NCBI RefSeq assembly: GCF_006345805.1
Contig: NC_043013.1
Location: 12,338,001 to 12,402,000, forward strand
DNA length: 64,000 bases
Direction of reading: 5' to 3'
DNA from: Octopus sinensis
Taxonomy: Eukaryota
Part shown: positions 23,432 to 35,860 of the stretch, one piece after another
Numbering within the stretch: the first letter of the stretch is position 1
How the letters are laid out: the number at the start of each line of letters is the position of its first letter
Program-made: the position numbers and the translations under genes
The notes under the pieces: model-generated
What the model was told of the DNA's origin: nothing
What the model saw: the letters and a program-made list of their open reading frames with translations, nothing else
Database searches by the model: none

Positions 23432-24400
23432 AATACAAAGTTGACTTGAGCAGAATCTGAACCCAGATCATAAAGATGGATGAAATAGCATTAAGCATAT
23501 TTTGCCCTGTACTCTAATGGTTCTACCAGCTTGGTGCCTGGTCCCTACTTATAGTAATCCTTTCTACTAAAGACACAATGCCTGAAATTTCTGGGGAGGG
23601 GACTGATACTTAATTTATCGACTCTGAAAGGATGAAAGGCAAAGCCAACCTAGGTGGAATTTGAACTCAGAATATATAGCGACAGGCAAAATACCGTCAA
23701 GCATCTCGTCCAACGTGCTAACGGTTCTGCCAGCTTGTTGCTGGTCCCTTATAATAATGGCTTCAAATTTTTGCCACAAGGGCAGCCATTTTGGGGGAAG
23801 GGATGTGTCGATTACATTGACCCCAGTGTTTCACTGGTACTTAATTTATCGACCCCAAAACGATGAAAGGCAAAGTTGACCTCAGTGGAATTTGAACTCA
23901 GAACGTAACAGCAGACGAAATACCTATTTCTTTACTACTCACAAGGGGCTAAACACAGAGGGGATAAACAAGGACAGACAAGCGGATTAAGTCGATTATA
24001 TCGAACCCAGTGCGTAACTGGTACTTATTTAATCGACCCTAAAAGGATGAAAGGTAAAGTTGACCTCAGCGGAATTTGAACTCAGAACGTAGCGGCAGAT
24101 GAAATACCGCTAAGCATTTTGTTCAGCGTCCTAACAATTCTACCAGCTCGCTGCCTGGTCCCTACTTACAATAATGACATCAAGCTTTAGTAGCACAGAG
24201 CCAGCAGTTTTTGAGGGGAGTTGTTAGTAAATTATATTGACTACCCGCAGTAGTGTACGTGACTGGTACATGTTTCATCAAAACCAAAAAAAAAGGACAA
24301 AGGGCAAAGTTGACCTCGGCAGAATTTGAACCCAGAATGAAAAGGACAAGACAAAACGCTGCTGAGCATTTTGTCCAGTGTGCCAACAACAATCCTGGCA
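23432..24400 (-). mobile_element. Stack of about 5 co-oriented SINE B copies
   Basis: Repeated GGATGAAAGGCAAAGTTGACCTC..GGAATTTGAACTCAGAA. The core resembles the MetaSINE/MESC central domain as I recall it. Confidence 0.85.
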
Positions 24401-24744
24401 GCGCACCATCTTGTCCCTACTCACAATGAAAACATTCACACACACATACACACACTTACAATACACAAGGCTTTTGTTTAGAGTGAGTGTTAATGTATAA
24501 AACTTAAACAATGTGCATTATTAACCTCTGTCAGCCCAAACTGTTCTCTTCCTCCCTGATTTAGACACACAGATGTCAGTTTATTCCAATTGTTTCTCTT
24601 CAGTTTCATTGTCATCTCGTGTTTGTCTTTCTGTTTGTCAGTTGTCTTGCTCACAATACACACACATTTAGACTTGCGCAACCTGTGTAACACACCACAT
24701 CCATTCACTCACACACTCTCTCCTTTCTCTTTTGTTTTATTTAC

Positions 24745-25192
24745 TTACCTGTCTATCAGTCCGTCTGTCTATCAATCAGTCCGGCTGTCTATCTATTTAC
24801 CTGTCTATCTATCAGTCCGTCTGTCTATCTATTTACCTGTCGATCTATCAGTCCGTCTGTCTATCTATTTACCTGTCGATCTATCAGTCTCTCTGTCTAT
24901 CTATCTACTTACCTGTCTGTCTTTCTATCTGTCTGTCTATTTATCAATCTATCTATCTTTCTATCTATCTACCTGTCTATCTACCTATCTATTTATCAAT
25001 CTATCTATCTACCTACCTACCTATCTATTTATCTATCCATCTATCTATCTACCCCCTTGTTTATCTATCTAGCTTTCTATTTATCTAACTATCTACCTGT
25101 CTGTCTATTTATCTATCTTTCTATCTATCTTTCTATCTACCTGTCTGTCTATCTATTTATCTATCTGTCTGTCTATCTATCTGTCTGTCTGC

Positions 25193-25251
<59 letters not shown>

Positions 25252-25320
25252 CCTGTCTGTTTATCTATCTTTTTACCTGTCTATCTATCTATCTGCCAAT
25301 CTGTCCACCCATTTCTCTAT
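24745..25320. repeat. (TATC/TGTC/TACC)n array (GATA/GACA type)
   Basis: Directly visible. Confidence 0.95.
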
Positions 25321-25473
25321 CTGTTTACCTTCACCTCCTCATCAACCCTCCCTCTGTGTCTTTTCTCTTCTCTTTTCTCTCCTCTCTCCTCCTCCTCCTT
25401 CTCCATCTTCTCATTTATCCTCTTCCTTTATTCCTCCTCACTGTCTTCTCCACAGTCTTACTCTCCCCTCGCA

Positions 25474-25507
<34 letters not shown>

Positions 25508-25982
25508 TTTATCTCTTCACCTTTCCACTTACCTTTCCTCTTCTCCTTCTTCCTCCTAATTCCTCTTCCATTCTTCTCCTCTTAGTTCTTAGGTGTGTAC
25601 TCAGTGCCAACTGAGACGGTTTTTCTGCTCTACCAGCTCAAATGTTACTTAACAGCATTCACTGATTGATTTTGTCAGTCGTCCCTCCACCCACTCGCAC
25701 CTCCCTCCTCATCCCTCCCCTATCACACACACACACACACACACACAAACTCACACAGCTGTAATTCCATCTCTCCCCACCACTACCACCACCACCAACC
25801 ACCGACCAACCACCCAACCGGACCCGCCACCTCTCTGTCCATCCTCTTACCCATGCCTTCCACGCCAACCAAGAAGAGACTAAGATGAATAGCAGAAACA
25901 AGCAGCAGCAGCAGTGTTGCAACTACAATGACTAGAACACAACAACAACAACAACAACAACAACACTAATGCTAAGCCAGGT

Positions 25983-25996
25983 GTTGCCATGGTAAC
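25983..25996. promoter_or_regulatory. RFX X-box
   Basis: GTTGCCATGGTAAC is an exact fit to GTNRCC(N0-3)RGYAAC and one base from the ideal palindrome. Confidence 0.5.
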
Positions 25997-26199
25997 TGAG
26001 TATTATTTCAACAGACTGCCCTGTCCCCTGCCACACCCAACACTTCCACCACCACCACCACACCACCGCCACCGCAACTATCACCACTGCATCAACTCAG
26101 GCCACACTAGGCCAAGCCATGCTTTTGTTGCCAATTTCAGTGGAATCATTGTCGTTTGTTAAGAATGGTGGCGACAGAGATGGTGACCAACCATTGTGA

Positions 26200-26870
26200 T
26201 GGTGATGCTGACAGAGACAACAGGCATTGAAGGTAGCCATATTGATGATGATGATGATGATGATGATGATGCTATTGGTGATATTGGTGGTGGTGATGAT
26301 GATGATAGTGATGGAAATGTTGATGGTGGTGGTGGTGGTGATGGTGATGGTTATGATGATGTTATTAGTAATGATGATGATGATGGTGGTGGTGATGATA
26401 GTAATGGAAATGTTGATCGTGGTGGTGGTGGTGGTGGTGGTAATGGGTAGGATGATAGTGGTTGTGGTGGTTATGATGATGATGTTATTAGTAATGATGA
26501 TGATGATGATGGTGGTGGTGGTGATGGTGGTGGTGGCGAGGAAGATGGTGATAATGTTAGTGATGGTAATGTTGTACATGGTGGTGGTGGTGATGGTGAT
26601 ATGTCGATAAATATGCTGATGATGGTGGTGTGGTTGTGTTGATGACAGCAATGGTTAATGGTGACAGTGATGATAATGATGATGATGATGCTGATGTGGT
26701 GGTGCTGGTGGTAATGATATCCGTAACAACGATGATGATGATGATGATTATCAACATCATGGTATTGGTTATAGCGATGGTTATTATAATGGTAACACCA
26801 ATATTCATATTGATGATTATGATGATATCAATGATGACAATGAGAGATATGACATCATGTAGTCCAAGGT
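26200..26870. repeat. (GAT/GGT)n mosaic
   Basis: Directly visible. Confidence 0.9.
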
Positions 26871-27003
26871 CAGTCCTTATGAAAACAGGCATATGGTCAA
26901 AAGCCCTTTCAGCCACGACCATCTTGTCTATTTTAGGCACTACATACAGTAAATCTTTACCAGAATTATCAAACAATGAGATATCTATATCTATATATCT
27001 ATC

Positions 27004-27047
<44 letters not shown>

Positions 27048-27419
27048 ACAATTGAAAAAGTAGGATAAAATCTTTATAAGAATTTATTAAGTAGTTAGTG
27101 TGAAAAACCTCATAAGGGAAAAGTTAATTAATTATTCCTTTTAAATATATTTATTTATATTAAGGGCTTTATTATGCATAAGTGCTTCATGCTGGGAGGG
27201 ACTCTTAAAGTCGGAACTACCATAATAAACACATTGTACTGAACGCGAGGGAATACAACTCTTGAAGCGAGCCTTTTAAAAACAGATTCAGCTGCAGGTC
27301 ACATGATTTCATAATTAGTGCACAAAATGCACTTTTTAATCGTCAGTGCAGGCATAATCAAGACACATAAAAATGAACATATATATATATACATTCTGAG
27401 AGTATGATCATGAAGAAGT

Positions 27420-27548
27420 CTTCATGCCCAGCTTGTCAAACCCGAGGCTATAGTAAAGATACTTGCCCAATGCGCCACACGGTGGGACTGAACCTGGAAC
27501 CATGTGGATGAGAAGCAAGCTTCTTACCACACAGCCATGCATGTGCCT
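27420..27548 (-). mobile_element. SINE A, 5' part
   Basis: GGTGGGACTGAACCTGGAACCATGTGG...CTTACCACACAGCCATGC. Confidence 0.8.
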
Positions 27549-28449
27549 ATATATAATATATATACATATATATATATAAGAGATACACCTCTACTTGGAC
27601 AAAACTTAAATCTATTATTACACTCTGTGCTCAGCTTGGGCTTTTCTTTGAAACATATGTATATTAAGTTTCTAATATAAGGTTGTTAGTATCACTGTGC
27701 TTAAGCAAAATATTAAAATGCTAGCTGACCCCATGCCGTCAATAATGATGGCTAACTAGTATTTTATTCATAAATAAGGTACATAATAATCACACATACA
27801 CACATATACTCACACTGTTGAAACACTGATTTTTTTTCACCCCCTTCCTTCCTTATTCATCTATCATCCCTTCCTTTCTCTCACTGCTATTACTTTCTCT
27901 CACTCCATCTCAGTCAGGGCTATTACTCTCACTACTTCTCCTTCACTGAACTACTATTTTCTCTCCTCCTCTGCGTCTGGCGTGATTCTGGACAAATATA
28001 TACACACACATATATATATATAAACACTATTCTCATTATTATATTAGTAGGTATATTAAAGTGATGTGTGGGTTTGTCTCTATTTGTCTTGACATTACTT
28101 AGGCTGCAATGATGTTTCTATCTCGTATGTATGAATGATATGTCTCACACCTTAGCAGTTCAATATATAAAGACAACTGAATAAAGTACTATATTTGTAA
28201 ACAAGTTAGGGTTGGCATTAGGAAAGACATTCAGCCATTGAATACTGTCCCCAAAATCATCTCACCTAACCCATGCCAGCACAGAAAATGTGGTAGGGAT
28301 GGTTGTGGGATTGGCAACAGCAGCTGTGATGTCAATATAACAGTTGATGTCAATATAACAGATATGTTTCTGTTAGTTTAAGATTATTTCCTCAGCATAG
28401 CGCAATGTCTGTATCATTCCTGGTTCACTCACATTGTAAAATAAGACAC

Positions 28450-28700
28450 ACATATACAAACTTTAGCTTTGGGTTTCTCCATAGCTCAGTACACTGAGCA
28501 GCAAGCTTCTTCCATCTGGTTCAGTTGGCTGCTACTCTTGACACATCCATCCCAAGCAATGCTGACTGTCTTCGGGACAAATGTTCACTGCCAAAAGATC
28601 TTTAGCCTGTCCCTTTTATGCCTGATGACAGGTGGTACCAAAGTCATGGTTATTTTCAGCTAGACAGAGAATGCTTCCAGCTTAGCCACATATACTAAAG
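28450..28700 (-). pseudogene. Degenerate LINE (RTE-like) ORF C-terminus
   Basis: Minus frame WKHSL..LWYHLSSGIKGTG*R..LLGMDVSRVAAN*TRWKKLAAQC resembles the LINE C-terminal pattern W.GH.L..W.P.G.R.RGRP..A.DR.RW..L..A.C; contains stops. Confidence 0.5.
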
Positions 28701-28949
28701 AAGCCTCTAAAACAACAAATATAGATATCTACCCATTGGCTTCCAATAGTACTTTAGAAATCTCAGCACAAATACTACTAGGATGCTCTCAAAGACTTCT
28801 GCATTAATCCAGATTCATAAGAGATCTTCACTGCTGAGAGATAATCTTACCTGGCTCTGCTCAGTTTCATACAGAAAAGTATCATAGCATCTGAGTAAAC
28901 CAGAAGCAGAAAGGCTGAACAGAAGAAGGAGCGATAGCAGCGTAGAGAA

Positions 28950-29120
28950 ATGGTTCTCAACCTTTTCCGTATCTGAGCTAAAGCCAAAACCTGAACTTCT
29001 TTGTAGGGGTCTGCACCAAAAAAAGTAAAGCACGAGTCAATTAAAGAAAACTTTATTGCATTTATAGAGGGAAAACCATTGAGGGCTGCTGGAAGGATGC
29101 TTGAGGGCTACATAGGGCCC
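28950..29120 (+). mobile_element. Possible hAT-type MITE fragment
   Basis: TGGTTCTCAACCTTTT and GAGGGCTACATAGGGCCC resemble hAT/Charlie-type termini; the second terminus was not found. Confidence 0.35.
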
Positions 29121-29123
29121 TAT

Positions 29124-29380
29124 GGAGGCACATGGCTTAGTGGTTAGGGTGTTGGACTTGTGATCATAAGATCGTGGTTTTGATTCCTGGACTGAGCAGT
29201 GTGTTGTGTTCTTGAGCAATACACTCCATTTCACATTCCTCCAGCTCACTCAGCTGGCAAATGTGAGTAATCCTGCCATGGACCTGCGTCCTGTCCAGGT
29301 GGGAGATTTATACGCCATGGAAACCAGGAATCTGGCCCTTATGAGTCAGTATGACTTAAAAAAGGTAACTTTTACCTTTT
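29124..29380 (+). mobile_element. tRNA-derived SINE family E/F (CORE-like middle)
   Basis: GGAGGCACATGGCTTAGTGGTTAGGG...GTTCTTGAGCAA...CTCAGCTGGCAAA. The 3' tail GGAAACC..CCCTTATGAG is shared with 46156-46431. Confidence 0.75.
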
Positions 29381-29484
29381 TTTTTTTACATAAGGTCCTG
29401 GGAATCACAGGTGAAAACTACTGGCCTTAAAGCCTCCAGAAAACTGGCCGAAAAGAAAGAAGAGTATTTTTTGTCTTTTGTCTT

Positions 29485-30205
29485 CTTTTATTTCTTTCAG
29501 TCATTAGACTACAGCCATGCTGGAGCACTGCCTCGAAGGGTTTAGTCAAGCAACTGGACCCCAGTTTATTTATTTTATTTATTTTTTCAAGTCTGCTGTT
29601 CATTTTATTGGTCTCTGTTTGTCAGAGGGCTAAGTTACACAGTCTTAAGCAAACCAACATTGGTTGTCAAGCTGTGTCAGGGAACAAACACATATACATA
29701 TTCTTTCCGTTTTGTTTTTTACTTGTTTGAGTCATTTTGACTGCAGCCATGCTGGAGCACTGCCTTTTTAGTTGAAGAAATGAATACCAGAGTTTATTCT
29801 TTGTAAGCCTGGTACTTATTCTATCAGTCTCATTTGCCGAACCTCTAAGTTGTGGGGGACGGACACACATATACAACAGGCACCTTTTCAGTTTCTATCT
29901 ATCTACTGAATCCACTCACAAAGCTTTGGTCAGCCTGGGGCTATAATAGAAGACACTTGTCCAAGGCACCACTCAGTGGGACTGAACCCAGAAGCATGTG
30001 GTTGGAAAGCAAGCTTCTTACCACACACCCATGCCTATGCTTATACACACACACCGTGGGCTTCCACACAGTTTTCATCTACCAAATTTACTCACAAAGC
30101 ATTGGATCGCCTGGGGCTATATTAGAAGGCTCTTAACCAGGTACCGCAATGTGGGACTGAACCCAAAGCCACAAAGTTGCAAAACAAGCTTCTTAACCAC
30201 AAAAG
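29485..30205 (-). mobile_element. Composite of SINE A copies (3' part, near-full copy, duplicated 5' part)
   Basis: Two GCCATGCTGGAGCACTGCC and two GTGGGACTGAACCC signatures. Confidence 0.8.
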
Positions 30206-30595
30206 CAATAACTGCATCTTAGCCTGTCATCACCATCACTCATATGGATTAATGAAAAAAGATTGGAGGTCTCTTGACTCCTCTTAAGTATGATGAACCC
30301 ACTTGAAACTAGTTTGGGTTCTAATACAAAAACTTCATTTTAAAATATTCAGTATTTAAAATAAATAAAAAAAAAGAGAAAAAAGCCATTATTATTTTAT
30401 AAAAGAACCTTTTTGTTAGCAGCAGCAACTTCATTATGGCAAAGTCATCCTCATCATCATCATCATCATCACCACCACCATCATTCATGTTTGCCACCAT
30501 CCCCATCATCAACATTATCATCATCGTCATCATTTTGGTATATGTTTGCTTTTTCCACAATGGTATGGGTTGGGCATGTGTTCTTACTATAGTAA

Positions 30596-30910
30596 GCTGA
30601 AACCGGCTCTGGCTCTGTAGTACAAATGTCTTGGTTTTATAAGTTTTGAATTAAAATCTTCCACCAAATCTTAGTCACAATTTATGTTCCTAACACTAGC
30701 TTAATGATAACTAAGTTATTTTACTAAATTCTTTGTTATATTTAAAATAATTGATGGAATAATTGAAATCTTCAACACAACCTTAGTCACAATTTATGTT
30801 CCTAACACTAGCTTAATCATAACTAAGTTATTTTACTAAATTCTTTGTTATATTTAAGATTAACTGAAAGAAACACAGAGCATCTCAAAATATATACTGT
30901 AACAAAAGGG
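30596..30910 (+). mobile_element. piggyBac-type MITE, one end truncated, with about 95-bp internal duplication
   Basis: Ends AAAAGGG|TTAA; reverse complement of 31117-31338. Confidence 0.75.
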
Positions 30911-31116
30911 TTAAACAGCCTCATTTAACTCTTTCTTAACCATATTTCCAACAAAATCCAGTCGGTATATTTCGATTACCTTTTAAAATAAGAAAGAATT
31001 TAAACAGGTTTTAATTAAGTAATCAGCAATACAGGTATGGTTGAGTAGTTCAAGAAATTTGCTTTGTAATCATATAGCTCCAGGTTCAATTCCACTTTCA
31101 GCACCTTTAACTTTAA

Positions 31117-31338
31117 CCCTTTCATTACCGTATTTATTTTGAGATGTTCTGTGTTTCTTTCAATTAATTTTAAATATGACAAAGAATTTAGTAAAATGAC
31201 TTAGTTATCATTAAGCTAGTGTTAGGAACATAAATTGTGACTAAGGTTTGGTGGAAGATTTTAATTTGAAACTTATGAAAACGAGACATTTGTACTACAG
31301 AGTCAGAGCCGGTTTCAGCCAGGTTGGTATTGAAAGGG
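31117..31338 (-). mobile_element. piggyBac-type MITE, 222 bp
   Basis: TTAA|CCCTTTCATTACC ... GGTATTGAAAGGG|TTAA (TIR 12/13 match, TTAA target-site duplication). Confidence 0.85.
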
Positions 31339-31468
31339 TTAAGTTGTTTTGAGAGTAAAAGAAATAGTCAAAAGCTATAATCATCATTTTAACCGCATTC
31401 TATTTTTTTTTACCCTACACTAGGGTGGTTTAAAGAAGTCTAGAGTATTTTTGGCTCACCCTACACTT

Positions 31469-32010
31469 TTTCATGAAGGATATGTTTGTGAACTCAAATG
31501 ATTTATGAAAGGATCAGCCTATGAAGCCTTAATATTTCATGAAGGCATCAACATGTGGCCCTTAGTGTTTCATAAAGAGATCAGGCTATTGACTTTAACC
31601 CTTTTGCATTTTAATCTGGCCAAATGTCCAAACTGACCAGATCCAGCTTTTCCAACATGACCTACAATGTCACTCTAAGGATAAAACTATCACATCATTC
31701 ATTATTTCAAAGCTATGAGATAACACATGATTAATTCAAAACAAGGGAAATGAATAAACATTACATTAGACAGAATAATCTGAATAATACTAAAAGGTTA
31801 ATGTTTTATGAAGCCATCAACTTCTGAACCCTTAATATCAACTTTTACATCCTAGTATTTCATGAAAGGTTATCATGTGAACCTTAATGTTTCATAACAG
31901 CATCAACTGATAGGTCTCAGTGTTTCACAAGGACCCCATTGTTTCATAAAAAGACAAACCAGTGGACCCAAGTGTTTCAGGAAAGGATGACACTGTGAAC
32001 CCTCTATCGT
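31469..32010. repeat. Degenerate 33-bp minisatellite interrupted by a MITE
   Basis: TTT(C)ATGAAGG anchors at 31469, 31502, 31535 and 31568, resuming at 31804. Confidence 0.75.
31599..31797. mobile_element. TTAA-flanked MITE, 199 bp
   Basis: TTAA|CCCTTTTGC...CTAAAAGG|TTAA. Removing it plus one TTAA restores the 33-bp period exactly. Confidence 0.8.
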
Positions 32011-32616
32011 AGAATCATTTCATGAGGGAGTAAGGATTCAATATTATCTCATGAAATAATCAATCAGGACCAGATCTATAAATCAATAAGGATCAATATA
32101 TACGGATAAATGTTATTATTTTAAATAAGTCAAGTCAAGTATAACCCTGGGGCCAGTTTCCCTGTTTCTATAGTAAAAAGTAACCAAGGTCAAAACATTT
32201 CCCCCAGAATAGATAAATCAACATTATTATCATTTAACATCTGTTTTCCATGCTGGCATGGGTCGGACAGCTTGACAGGTATTGACCAGGGGATCACACC
32301 AGTTTCCATAGCCTGTTTTGGCTTGGTTCCTATGACTGGATGCACTTTGTGCTGGGTGCTTTTGCATGTAGTACCAATGTTTTATGTGGTGAGGATAATA
32401 ATTTTAACTTTCTAGACACCCCCTCCTTTTTTTTCCTTTCTAAAATAGACCCCTATATAAAGATCAATGAACCCTACCTCTCTCTTTCGCTCTGTCGTAT
32501 TGATTGATAAGGCCCATGCTGCAGCATCACTTGAAATACTCATCTTCAATTTAACCCCTTACATACCAATCTGCCTAACAAGACCCCTAGTTTTCGATAC
32601 AAACTTCCTGTTTTAA

Positions 32617-33704
32617 CCCTTTCGTTACCAAACCGCCCAAAGCCGCCCGAAAAAATTTTGGTTAATGTGACCAAACCGCCCAAACCCGCCCGTATTTACC
32701 TATTCATATTTAAATGAGAATATCAGAGCAAATCTCTTTAGTACATTCGTGAAAACAAGTGATTATATTTCGTAAACAGTTCATCTACAGTTTTGTGCAA
32801 CAATCGAAGTGTAATTTTAATTCCGTGAATTTTGGGAGATTTTTTTCCGAAATTTGTTCCTATTGTGTTTTCAAAATTTTTAATTCTGACAACAAAAATG
32901 GATACGAATTTCATTATATCAAGCAGCGAGTCAGAATTCGAAGGATTTTCTACTGAAGACCTTGAAATCTAACTCTATGACTGAAAAAAAAAGCATGTGT
33001 GGTATTTGATAATGAATCTGATGTTTCATTTTCCGAAAGTGAAAACTGTGAATCCGAGATCTCCGACTGCGATAAAGAAAATGAATTGGCACCTGAATGG
33101 AGTGAAAATTTAAAAACTGTTTCTTTCGGTGATTTTTCTGAAGAAACTGGACCAAGCCACAGACTTTCCCATGAGAGTAAAGCCTTAGACTATTTCTTTT
33201 TACTTTTTCGAATGAGCCTATTTGAAATCATTACGGCAGAAACGAACCGTTACGCTAAATGTAAACAAAGCGAAAGAAAGGATAGTTAGTGGTTTCCCAC
33301 AACCTTAAATGAAATTAAGACTATTTTGCCATAAATATTATTATGGGTATCCGAAAGTTACCCAGAATAACAAATTCTATCGTAAAATTTTGTTGTATAC
33401 CCAATTGAATATTAGCTAATAACCCATTTTCTATAGTGATGTTTGAACAAAATTTTAATAATTTTATATTTTGTTGAATTTACCTGTATCTACCTGCAAT
33501 TAGAGTCACTTTGTGACAAAAATTATAGTATAGAATTGGTTGAGAACATTTCATTAAATTATCTTCCAAAAATCACTTTAATATATTAATAAATAAAAAA
33601 AGTTAAAGTTGTTTAATGAAACCAGACTAAATTTATGATTATGTTAGAAATTAATTGAAACACATAAGGTGTGTATTTTGGTCAGAAATATAGTAACGAA
33701 AGGG
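32617..33704 (+). mobile_element. Internally deleted piggyBac transposon
   Basis: TTAA TSDs, TIR CCCTTTCGTTAC matching the right end, two subterminal repeats ACCAAACCGCCCAAA(G/C)CCGCCCG, and a transposase remnant. Confidence 0.9.
32898..33372 (+). pseudogene. piggyBac transposase N-terminal half (DDE_Tnp_1_7-like), stops and frameshifts
   Basis: MDTNFIISSSESEFEGFSTEDLEI* / ...LDYFFLLFRMSLFEIITAETNRYAKCKQSERKDS*WFPTTLNEIK / AINIIMGIRKLPRI matches the piggyBac F.LF...I..ETN.YA...W...T..EI....MGI.KLP pattern. Confidence 0.85.
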
Positions 33705-34213
33705 TTAAAAACCTACCATAAAAATTTCACGTTAATTTATGCTTCAAACACCAACCTAATAACAAACAACAAAGTTATTTTATTAAATTTTTCATTATTT
33801 TCAAAATTAATTAAAATCAGTGTATTTCATTAGAATTATAGAAAGAAAAGGATTAATTAGCCTAGTCCAAAGCTATTCATCTCTATGACTAAATGATTTG
33901 ATCCTACAGTTTGTAGGTTCAATACCACTTCACTGCTGCAAATAAATGTTTGTGGGCATATGATTTAATGGGTAGCTTCAGGTAATATTTTAAGACTTGG
34001 GACATGAGACCTGCTGGAAGTGAGAGACTGGTGTCTTATCCAGGAGTTCATTCACATCACATCCTCTAATGTTGTATTGTGTTTGGTTACATGTGTTATA
34101 TTTTAAATGCCCCTGAGGAGTGTGTATAAATGTGGGTGTGTGTATATATCTATAGATAGATTGGTATATACATATATAAATTTATATAGAGATACATATA
34201 CATAAATAAGTAT

Positions 34214-34488
34214 GTGCCGCCAGACTGGCTCCCGTACAGGTAGCACATAAAAACACCTTTTGAGTGTGAGTGTGGTCGTCGCCGGAACTGCCTGACTGGC
34301 CCTCATGCCAGTGGCATGTAAATTGCACCCACTACGCTCTTGGAGTGGTTGGCGTTAGGAAAGGCATCCAGCTGTAGAAACTTTGCCAGATCAAGATTGA
34401 GCCTGGTGCAACCTCTGGCTCACCAGTCCTCAGTCAAACCATCCAACCCATGCCAGAATGGAAAGCGGATGTTAATGATGATGATGAT
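34214..34488 (+). mobile_element. Repeat family C (SINE with LINE-like 3' tail and (GAT)n end)
   Basis: TGGTTGGCGTTAGGAAAGGCATCCAGCTGTAG...CCAACCCATGCCAG...GTTAATGATGATG. Also at 47278-47797, with partial copies near 32230 (-), 57010 and 60540. Confidence 0.75.
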
Positions 34489-34515
34489 ACATATATACGC
34501 ATATATATATATATA

Positions 34516-34744
34516 TCTTTATTGCACACAGGGAGCTAAACATAGTGGAGACAAGCAAGGACAGACAAAGGGATTAAGTTGATTACATCGACCCCAGTGT
34601 GTAACTGGTACTGCCTTTACTGACCCTGAAAAGATGAAAGCCAAAGTTGACCTCAGCGGAATTTGAACTCAGAACGTAACAGCAGACGAAACACAGCTAA
34701 GCATTTTGCCCGGCGTGCTAACAGTTCTGCCAGTTCACCACCCT

Positions 34745-34745
<1 letters not shown>
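34516..34745 (-). mobile_element. SINE B, full length
   Basis: TCTTTATTGC...GCGGAATTTGAACTCAGAACG...GCCAGTTCACCACCCTT. Confidence 0.9.
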
Positions 34746-34799
<54 letters not shown>

Positions 34800-35225
34800 G
34801 TATACATACATAATTATATATATATACACATACATACAAGACTTTTTGTGTTACGTATGCATACATTTTGAAAGAGTAACCGTGCATGTACTCAAAATTA
34901 ATGCATGTGTATTTGTGTGTTGTGTGTGTGTGTGCGTGCACAAATAAATGAGATTGACCTCTGGAATCATCCCTCTGCTCTCTTAAATCAGTGTAACTGC
35001 GTACAGCTGTGTATGTATGTATGTACCATACTTGTATGTGTGTGTGTGTATGTGTACATACATGTGTGTGTGTGTGCTTGTATGCATGAATAAAAAAATA
35101 AATAAATAGAAACAGTCTTGAGGTGGGGGTTGGGGGAGGGGGGCGTAGCATGAGGTGTGGATGGGGGGGGTGTTGTATAAGCTGTGTTCAATCAGCTTTC
35201 TACCTTGTATGAACAGATGTGAACA

Positions 35226-35265
<40 letters not shown>

Positions 35266-35826
35266 TGATGAAGAAGAAGAAGGAGGAGGAAGGGGAGGGT
35301 AGAGTTGCTGTTACTGCTGATGATGTGATGACTATGATGATGATGATCATCATCATCATGATGCTGGAGATGATGAGGATGATGCTGCTGCTGATGACGA
35401 TGATGATGATTGTGGCTTTGTTTCTTAGCTTCTTTATTGATTTCAAGTGAAAACCTCCAAGCCATCTTTCTGGCTCTGTCTGTGTGTCTGTGGCTGGCGA
35501 TTCTCTCTTCTTTGTCTATCTCTCGCGCTCTCTCTCTCTCTCTCCCTTTTCTTTCTCTTTCTCTCTCCCTTTTCTCTCTCTCTCTCTCTCTCTCATTGAC
35601 TCTCCATTTCTTTCTGTCACTGAATCTAATTGTCAGCCTATTTATTCGTTTGTGTACCTCACACACACACACACACATACATACATACATACATACATAC
35701 ATACATACATGTATGTATAAACATGTATATGTATGTATGTGTGTGCATGTGTGTATATATGTATGTATATATATATATAGTATGTATATGTGTGTGTATA
35801 TATATATGTGTGTGTGTGTGTGTGGT

Positions 35827-35860
<34 letters not shown>

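Larger units (their letters stand above)
32555..33852 (+). mobile_element. Older piggyBac-type MITE split by a nested piggyBac
   Basis: TTAA|CCCCTT at 32551 and AAAAGGA|TTAA at 33856. The right half resembles the 30.6-kb MITE (AATTTATG...AAGTTATTTTA(C/T)TAAATT). Confidence 0.55.

Noticed and set aside
28851-28890. 40-nt minus-strand exon-like cassette (CAG|...CAG|GTAAGA)
   Set aside because: It lies immediately upstream of, and probably within, the decayed LINE fragment. Its length is not frame-preserving, so it is most likely a cryptic site.
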